DNA of 64,000 nucleotides from Escherichia coli O157:H7 (GTDB lineage Bacteria; Pseudomonadota; Gammaproteobacteria; Enterobacterales; Enterobacteriaceae): NCBI RefSeq assembly GCF_013167455.1, contig NZ_CP038328.1; one strand, 5' to 3'. Shown piece by piece: positions 54,663 to 64,000 of this stretch (position 1 is its first letter; each line of letters starts with the position of its first letter). The notes under the pieces were generated by a model. It saw only the letters and a program-made list of their open reading frames with translations, ran no database searches and was not told where the DNA came from. The position numbers and the translations under genes were made by a program.

Positions 54663-56045
54663 TTATCCCACCAGCATCCAGGTCGCCGGAACTGAGGCAA
54701 TTAACAGCATGCCAATCAGCACCATTTCCTGACGGTTCAGTACATTATCATGTGTATGCGTTTTGCGCGCATACAGGAAAACCAGCAGCCCCGGTGCATA
54801 CAGAACAACGGATAACAGCAAGTGCATTGGACCAGAGGCGTACAATAACCATAAGCCATAAATGCAGGCACCGACACCTACCGCTTTATGCAGTGGACGG
54901 GTTGCGATTTTCAGCAAGAACGCGCCGACCAGGAAATAGGGCACCAGAATCATTTCTGAGGCGATGGTCAGCAACGTGTTGTAATCGGAACCGGTCAGCC
55001 AGATGAGTACCAGACAAATTTGCACGCAGATGTTTGTCAACCACAGTGAGGCGGATGGCGCAGCTTGTGCGTTCTGGCGCGCAAAAATGCGTGGGAATGC
55101 TTTATGAGTGGCAGCCAGGAACGGAACTTCTGCCGCCATGATGGTCCAGCTTAAGTACGCGCCGCAAACGGAAACGATCAAACCGGCAGCGATGATGATT
55201 TCGCCCCACGGTCCCATCATTTCCACCATCAGACCGGCCATTGACGGGTTACGAATTTCAGCCAGTTCAGGACGTGCCACCACTCCCAGCGAAAGCAGCG
55301 TTACCAGCAAGTAAACGCCCAGAGCGGAGAGAACCGCCAGCAGTGTCGCTTTGCCAACATCACGTTTATTACGCGCACGCGCAGAAACAACCACGGCACC
55401 TTCCACACCAATGAAAACCCACAGGGTGATCAGCATGGTGTTTTTCACCTGTTCCCAAACAGGTACGCCAAGTGCAAGTCCGGTGAAGTCGAGCTTGAAG
55501 ATATCCAGTTTGAACATCATCATCGCCAGCACAACAAACAGACCCAGCGGCAACAATTTTGCCAGTGTCGCCACCAGGTTAATGCTGGCAGCGGTTTGCA
55601 CCCCGCGCAGGATCAAAAAGTGAACAATCCACAATAAAGCCGATGCACCGACTATCGATTGCCAGGTATTACCATCGCCAAACAGGCGCAATTCCGGCGT
55701 GTCCGTAAAAAAGCTTAACGCGGAAAAAACGATCACCAGATAGGAGACGTTGGCGATGACTGCGCACAGCCAGTATCCCCATGCGGAACAAAAGCCGATT
55801 AGCTCGCCAAACCCTTCGCGGGCATAGGTAAAGATACCGCCGTCAAGTTCGGGACGAATGCGCGTGAGGATCAGCATGGCAAAGGCCAGCAATAAAATGC
55901 CAGCGCCAGTAATACCCCAGCCGATGAGCAGTGCTGCCGGGCTGGCAACTGCCGCCATATTTTGCGGCAGACTGAAAACACCCGCGCCCAGCATTGAGCT
56001 TAATACCAGCGCGGTGAGTGCGCTCAGTCCCAGTTTCTTTTCCAT
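54663..56045 (-). CDS. ydgI: Putative arginine:ornithine antiporter YdgI (ArcD-like, APC family), 460 aa
   Basis: ORF track 460 aa; 12-13 TM amino-acid transporter. Confidence 0.85.
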   Translation of the reverse strand: MEKKLGLSALTALVLSSMLGAGVFSLPQNMAAVASPAALLIGWGITGAGILLLAFAMLILTRIRPELDGGIFTYAREGFGELIGFCSAWGYWLCAVIANVSYLVIVFSALSFFTDTPELRLFGDGNTWQSIVGASALLWIVHFLILRGVQTAASINLVATLAKLLPLGLFVVLAMMMFKLDIFKLDFTGLALGVPVWEQVKNTMLITLWVFIGVEGAVVVSARARNKRDVGKATLLAVLSALGVYLLVTLLSLGVVARPELAEIRNPSMAGLMVEMMGPWGEIIIAAGLIVSVCGAYLSWTIMAAEVPFLAATHKAFPRIFARQNAQAAPSASLWLTNICVQICLVLIWLTGSDYNTLLTIASEMILVPYFLVGAFLLKIATRPLHKAVGVGACIYGLWLLYASGPMHLLLSVVLYAPGLLVFLYARKTHTHDNVLNRQEMVLIGMLLIASVPATWMLVG

Positions 56046-56230
56046 CGATATCCAGTGATTAAAACGTGATAAGAAGAATAAATATTAGGGCAAAACGCAT
56101 AAAAATGGAGTTTGCCACTGAAGCGCGGGATTTTACGAAGAGATGTGTCTGCATGCAATGGTCGCGGGGAAATTTGTGACTAAAAATGCGAAAGGCGGCA
56201 TCAAGCCGCCTTATAAGAGTAACTGAATAG

Positions 56231-57175
56231 TTATTTATACAGATCTGCACTGACGGTCAGGTTATTACCACGTTCCTGCCACTGGCGGGTGATGTGGTAA
56301 TATTTAGCACCTTTCTTCGCGGCTCGTTTCGCAACCTGATAGGAGACTTCGGTCATGTTGCCGTAGTTGCCAGAGAATTTGATGCTGTCGAACGGGACCA
56401 TCATCGCTGCTGTCGCTTTGTTCAGTTCTTCGACTTTAGTGCCATCCGGAAGCGTGACAGTGTAACGCCCGCCTTTTGATGACTGGGTTTCAAAGAAGCG
56501 ACCGACTTCAGAACTTGGTGATGCGGTAGTCGCAACACCCGGGATCTCAACTTTCTTCGCGGCTTCGCCACCGGCAGCCAGAGCTGCACGTCCTGCTTCG
56601 GAATCTGCCGGGATCACATCCGGGCTCTGGACGATACGTTTCTTAGCATCTTTTTTATAGATGAATGCAGTAATACGCTGGTTGCCGCCCTGGTTGGCAT
56701 CGATTTGACGAACGATGTAGAAAGAGTAGGCACCTTTCGCTTTTGCCGCTTTGGTGATGGCATCATTGACTTCTGGCTGGCTACGATAGAAGCCCTGGAC
56801 GGTGACCGTGTCAAACGGTTCAATCAGAACAGCCTGATCTTTCGGCAGTTCGACAACACCGTTAATTACGCGATTACTTGTTTCTTCTGCTTTTTCAGCA
56901 TCGGCTTTATAGAGGTCAGCGACCACACGCCAGTTACCGCTGTTCCCAAAATCAGAAGTGTCGACAACATAAAAAGAGGCGGCACCTTCTTTATCTGCGC
57001 GACGAGAAACGGCTTTCACCGCTTCGCCAATAGCATTAAAACGACCGGTAACCACTACACGGTCAAAAGGTTTAACCGCTGCCGCTTGCTCCGGTGTCAG
57101 TTCTGTTGCTGCGTTAACGGAGAATGCCGTAGCAGAAAGCAGTGCCGACGCCAGGAGGGTGTTCTTAAGCTTCAT
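56231..57175 (-). CDS. ydgH: DUF1471 repeat periplasmic protein YdgH, 314 aa
   Basis: ORF track 314 aa; signal peptide; three internal YdgH/BhsA/McbA-like repeats. Confidence 0.85.
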   Translation of the reverse strand: MKLKNTLLASALLSATAFSVNAATELTPEQAAAVKPFDRVVVTGRFNAIGEAVKAVSRRADKEGAASFYVVDTSDFGNSGNWRVVADLYKADAEKAEETSNRVINGVVELPKDQAVLIEPFDTVTVQGFYRSQPEVNDAITKAAKAKGAYSFYIVRQIDANQGGNQRITAFIYKKDAKKRIVQSPDVIPADSEAGRAALAAGGEAAKKVEIPGVATTASPSSEVGRFFETQSSKGGRYTVTLPDGTKVEELNKATAAMMVPFDSIKFSGNYGNMTEVSYQVAKRAAKKGAKYYHITRQWQERGNNLTVSADLYK

Positions 57176-57635
57176 AAAAATAATCCTTCGCCTTGCGCAA
57201 ACCAGGTACTGGTATTGTTATTAACGAGAAACGTGGCTGATTATTGCATTTAAACGGTGTAACTGTCTGCGTCATTTTTCATATCACATTCCTTAAGCCA
57301 ATTTTAATCCTGCTCAAATGACCGTCTATGCTTAAAAAACAGCCGTATCAGCATCATTACTACTGAAGCAACTGAATTGTATAAGTTAATTTAATGTTAA
57401 GTAGTGATTCGTGCCGGGGCGATGTCTCGTTTTACCCGACCGTCGAAGACAATTATCAGTCTTTATCCGGCGTTCTAAGGTGTTTATCCCACTATCACGG
57501 CTGAATCGTTAATATTTTGCGAGTTCACGCCGAAATACTGATTTTTGGCGCTAGATCACAGGCATAATTTTCAGTACGTTATAGGGCGTTTGTTACTAAT
57601 TTATTTTAACGGAGTAACATTTAGCTCGTACATGA

Positions 57636-59231
<1,596 letters not shown>

Positions 59232-59238
59232 GGGGTAA

Positions 59239-60630
<1,392 letters not shown>

Positions 60631-60654
60631 CCCTGACGGCCTCTGCGGAGGCCG

Positions 60655-61689
60655 TCACTCTTTATTGAGATCGCTTAACAGAACGGCGATGCTTTGACCT
60701 CCCGCTGTTTGTTCAAGCGCAATTTTGACAATAATTGTTAACGGCACGGAAAGCAGCATACCCACCGGTCCTAACAACCATCCCCAAAAAATCAACGACA
60801 AAAATACCACCAATGTGGAAAGTCCCAGCCCACGCCCCATGATGCGTGGCTCCAGAATATTGCCGAAGACCAGATTAATCAGCAGATATCCCGCCAGCAC
60901 CAACAACGCTTCGTAGAAGCCATTAAACACCAGTACCTGAGCAATAGGGGGGATTGCCGCGAGAACTGAACCAATATTAGGGATGTAATTAAGCGCAAAG
61001 GCCAGCAATCCCCAGACAAAAGCGAAGCGAACATCGAGGGCGGCGAGCATCGCCCATGCGACCAGGCCGGTGATGATGCTGATGGCTGTTTTCAGCACCA
61101 GATAATGAGACACACTGTCAATCGCACGCTGAATCGCCGCCATCCCTTCAACCGGACGCGCCATCATTTGCTTAAATTTTCCGGGCAATTGTGGCACTTC
61201 GAGCAGCATAAACAGCACCGTCAGCAGCAATAAAAATATTGATGACATGGCATTAGATAACTGCGTCAATAAGTTGGTGAGCAACGTCATCGCCGCGTTC
61301 GGATCAATGTAATGCGCCAGTTGGTCAACTGAGACGTCAATCCCTACGCGTTGCAACAACGGCTCAAGAGCTTGCAGCGGCGTCATAATAGAGTTGCGAT
61401 ATTGCGGTAACGTCCGCGTCAACTCGTTGAGCGTGGAACCCAGATAAGCTAACAGCAACACCATAGCCATCACGATGATGGTCATCAAAATCGACACTGC
61501 CAGTACACGCGGCACACGCCAGCGGACCATGTGTTGCACCAGCGGGTTAAGAATAACAGCAATAAATAATGCGAGAATAAACGGCACGATGATCTCGGCG
61601 GCAAAACGGATACCGCAGAGAATAATGACCAGCATTCCCAACATAATGACGATTTTTAGGCCATTGAGCGTGATGAGCGGCTTTGCCAT
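60655..61689 (-). CDS. tqsA: AI-2 transport protein TqsA (YdgG), 344 aa
   Basis: ORF track 344 aa; AI-2E family polytopic membrane protein. Confidence 0.85.
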   Translation of the reverse strand: MAKPLITLNGLKIVIMLGMLVIILCGIRFAAEIIVPFILALFIAVILNPLVQHMVRWRVPRVLAVSILMTIIVMAMVLLLAYLGSTLNELTRTLPQYRNSIMTPLQALEPLLQRVGIDVSVDQLAHYIDPNAAMTLLTNLLTQLSNAMSSIFLLLLTVLFMLLEVPQLPGKFKQMMARPVEGMAAIQRAIDSVSHYLVLKTAISIITGLVAWAMLAALDVRFAFVWGLLAFALNYIPNIGSVLAAIPPIAQVLVFNGFYEALLVLAGYLLINLVFGNILEPRIMGRGLGLSTLVVFLSLIFWGWLLGPVGMLLSVPLTIIVKIALEQTAGGQSIAVLLSDLNKE

Positions 61690-61839
61690 GCTTGTCCCCG
61701 TTTTTTCTTCCTTTGCTAATAATAATGTCTTTTTCGCTCCGTCATCATAACGAAAATCAAACCGCTCAGGTAAAGAAGTGAAAATATTTTGAGTTAATTC
61801 TTAAGCTATGATACAAATCAGGCGTGTTCAACTACCGAG

Positions 61840-61885
61840 GACAATTATCATCCGCGATGACGAGAAGCAACACTGCGGATAATTG
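61840..61885 (+). promoter_or_regulatory. Long inverted repeat in mdtJI upstream/leader region (function unknown)
   Basis: Arms ACAATTATC(A)TCCGC and GCGGATAATTGT separated by about 20 nt, roughly 215 bp upstream of mdtJ ATG. Confidence 0.35.
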
Positions 61886-62100
61886 TAATATTATGGACAA
61901 TTTGTTCAGGACGTTATTTTCTACATTTACCCATCTTCGTACCTCATCCACTATCTTGCTCGTAGGTGAGCAGCACTGGCGCAACGCGCTTTAGTCCTTT
62001 CTTCTGCCTAAGCTTGCCCTATACGCGGGGCTTGACCACTTTACTTTGGTTTCGCTGAATTAAGCGAAAATTAAAATAATTCTCTTGCAGGAGAAGGACA

Positions 62101-62466
62101 ATGTATATTTATTGGATTTTATTAGGTCTGGCTATTGCTACAGAAATTACCGGTACGCTGTCTATGAAATGGGCGAGCGTCAGTGAGGGAAATGGCGGCT
62201 TTATTTTAATGCTGGTGATGATTTCTCTGTCGTATATATTTCTCTCTTTCGCTGTTAAAAAAATAGCCTTAGGTGTGGCTTATGCGCTGTGGGAAGGTAT
62301 CGGTATTTTATTTATTACCTTGTTTAGCGTTTTGTTATTCGACGAAAGTTTATCGCTGATGAAAATTGCCGGGTTAACCACCCTGGTCGCCGGGATAGTG
62401 TTGATCAAATCAGGTACCCGTAAAGCACGTAAACCTGAACTGGAGGTGAACCATGGCGCAGTTTGA
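62101..62466 (+). CDS. mdtJ: SMR-family spermidine exporter subunit MdtJ, 121 aa
   Basis: ORF track 121 aa; four TM helices; SD GGAGAAGG upstream. Confidence 0.9.
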
Positions 62467-62782
62467 ATGGGTTCACGCCGCCTGGCTGGCATTGGCAATC
62501 GTGCTGGAAATCGTTGCTAACGTCTTTTTGAAATTTTCTGACGGCTTTCGTCGCAAAATATTTGGCTTGCTCTCCCTGGCGGCGGTGCTGGCTGCCTTTA
62601 GTGCGCTTTCTCAGGCCGTTAAAGGGATCGACTTGTCTGTCGCTTATGCATTGTGGGGCGGGTTTGGTATTGCCGCCACGTTAGCCGCAGGTTGGATCTT
62701 GTTTGGTCAACGGTTAAATCGTAAAGGCTGGATTGGCCTGGTCTTGCTGTTGGCTGGAATGATCATGGTGAAACTTGCCTGA
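62453..62782 (+). CDS. mdtI: SMR-family spermidine exporter subunit MdtI, 109 aa
   Basis: ORF track 109 aa; overlaps mdtJ 3' end by 14 nt. Confidence 0.9.
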
Positions 62783-62788
62783 TGAAGA

Positions 62789-62820
62789 CGCTGCCCGCGC
62801 TGTCGGGCAGCGTTTGAACA
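62789..62820 (+). terminator. Terminator hairpin after mdtI (between convergent mdtI and ydgD)
   Basis: 9-bp stem CGCTGCCCG / CGGGCAGCG, 6-nt loop, followed by TTTGAACATTATTTTTG. Confidence 0.6.
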
Positions 62821-63642
62821 TTATTTTTGCGACAGTTGATCCAGCTTGTCGCGAAAACCGGTAACAGAAATGGCCCGGTTATCGGCGCGCCAGCGATCTT
62901 TCGCGGCAGGAGCCGAACTTTGCACCCCAATTAATTGCCAGCCGTCATCGGTATGCAACATCAGAGGCGAACCGCTGTCACCCGGCAAGGTATCGCACTG
63001 ATGTGACATCACCGACGTTTGCGCCCAGCCAGTCACTTCACAGTTTTGATGACTGTACAACGTATCGAGATGATCTTCAGGGTATCCTGCCTGAGTCACT
63101 TTACGACCTGCCGCTTTTAATGCGGCGGTAAGCGCGGCTTTATCTCCCTCAAATAACGGCAACGGCGTAATGCCAGAAGGGGGATTACGTAGCACAATCA
63201 ATCCGAAGTCCCACGGCGCGGCTGCGGGAGGTACAATCCAACCATCCCCATCTGCTTTTAACCGCTTTCCCAGTGTCGGATCAACGCGGCCTTCTATGTC
63301 GTGGATGTCATAGCGCCAAAGACCTTTATTTGACACAAAACGCAGCGCCACTGCTTTATCGGCTTTACCCTTTGGTGGCGTCAATAAACAGTGTCCTGCC
63401 GTTAATGCCAGATTGGGTGCAATCAGCGTCGCCGTACATAAATTGCCGCTGGCCGTTTCCAGTTGCCCAACCGCATCCCACGGTGATTGGGTCGTGTCAT
63501 TCACTGGCACACGATCATCATGACCAAAAAACAGGGTGCTGACCTCATCGTTTGCCGATTTGGCAACGTCTGGTTTATCTGCAAACACAAAAGCAGACGT
63601 CAAACTAATTGCACCCAACACTACAGCAATGGTTGTACGCAT
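62821..63642 (-). CDS. ydgD: Putative periplasmic trypsin-like serine peptidase YdgD, 273 aa
   Basis: ORF track 273 aa; signal peptide; TAGHC and GDSGSP catalytic motifs. Confidence 0.85.
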   Translation of the reverse strand: MRTTIAVVLGAISLTSAFVFADKPDVAKSANDEVSTLFFGHDDRVPVNDTTQSPWDAVGQLETASGNLCTATLIAPNLALTAGHCLLTPPKGKADKAVALRFVSNKGLWRYDIHDIEGRVDPTLGKRLKADGDGWIVPPAAAPWDFGLIVLRNPPSGITPLPLFEGDKAALTAALKAAGRKVTQAGYPEDHLDTLYSHQNCEVTGWAQTSVMSHQCDTLPGDSGSPLMLHTDDGWQLIGVQSSAPAAKDRWRADNRAISVTGFRDKLDQLSQK

Positions 63643-63741
63643 ATCACACTCTGGTGGGTAATTATGATTATTAAAAGCAAACCCTCATAAATACTATAGA
63701 CGGGACGGGATGAAAGTGGGAGTAAAATCAGATAACTACGA

Positions 63742-63825
63742 TCAGGAAAGATAAAAACGGGCGGCAATCAGTGCGCATAAAATAAGGATGATAAGAATGA
63801 ACTCAAAGCGATAACGGCCCACCAT
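63742..63825 (-). CDS. ydgU: Small membrane protein YdgU, 27 aa
   Basis: Manual translation of reverse strand: MVGRYRFEFILIILILCALIAARFYLS*; below the ORF-track cutoff; position between ydgD and asr matches recalled K-12. Confidence 0.65.
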   Translation of the reverse strand: MVGRYRFEFILIILILCALIAARFYLS

Positions 63826-63917
63826 ACTACCCTCCGCTAAAGGCGGTGCTAAACGTTACCCGCTTAGCACCGTAATTTTCAGGCGCGAGGGGGCGCGCCA
63901 GCATTACTGTTGAAAAC

Positions 63918-64000
63918 TTACGCTGCGGGTTGTGCAGCAGGTTTTGCCGGTTGCTGATGGCTGTGTTTCTTGGCGTGTTTCTTCGCTGCCTGCGCTTTTT
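63918..64000 (-). CDS. asr: Acid shock protein Asr, C-terminal fragment (gene runs off window end)
   Basis: Reverse-strand translation ...KKAQAAKKHAKKHSHQQPAKPAAQPAA* ending at TAA (63918-63920 complement). Confidence 0.7.
   Translation of the reverse strand, partial: KAQAAKKHAKKHSHQQPAKPAAQPAA

Noticed and set aside
63845-63900. Two hairpins between ydgU and asr as sRNA or terminator
   Set aside because: Stems are present (GGTGCTAA..TTAGCACC; GGCGCG..CGCGCC) but neither has a clear U-tract in the orientation of the flanking minus-strand genes; too ambiguous to call.

Overview
This window reads as conserved Escherichia coli core chromosome, collinear with the K-12 sodB–grxD–lhr–rnt–gloA–nemRA–sodC–ydhIJK–slyAB–anmK–pdxH–tyrS–pdxY–gstA–dtpA–nth–rsxABCDGE–cnu–blr–ydgJ–add–malYXI–hdhA–uidRABC–ydgA–manA–fumAC–tus–rstAB–folM–pntAB–tqsA–mdtJI–ydgD–asr segment, shown in reverse orientation relative to K-12. 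Gene identities are from my recall of the translated ORFs; no database search was run. I found no mobile element, prophage, CRISPR array, tRNA/rRNA or foreign island, and no convincing undescribed multi-gene system: every ORF of meaningful size maps to a known E. coli gene. The most notable content is strain-level variation: (1) uidA carries a 2-bp GG insertion frameshift plus a near-5' T-to-G change that I recall as the E. coli O157:H7-lineage beta-glucuronidase-negative allele; (2) uidC has a 1-bp deletion frameshift; (3) ydhF has an in-frame TGA that removes the last 35 codons; (4) rsxC contains an in-frame 96-bp tandem repeat array with about one more copy than K-12. Smaller observations include a terminator-like hairpin on the plus strand at the nth 3' end, a long inverted repeat in the mdtJI leader, and recognisable NemR, SlyA, MalI and Tus (TerB) sites. 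Two small proteins below the ORF-track cutoff (blr, ydgU) were recovered by manual translation.
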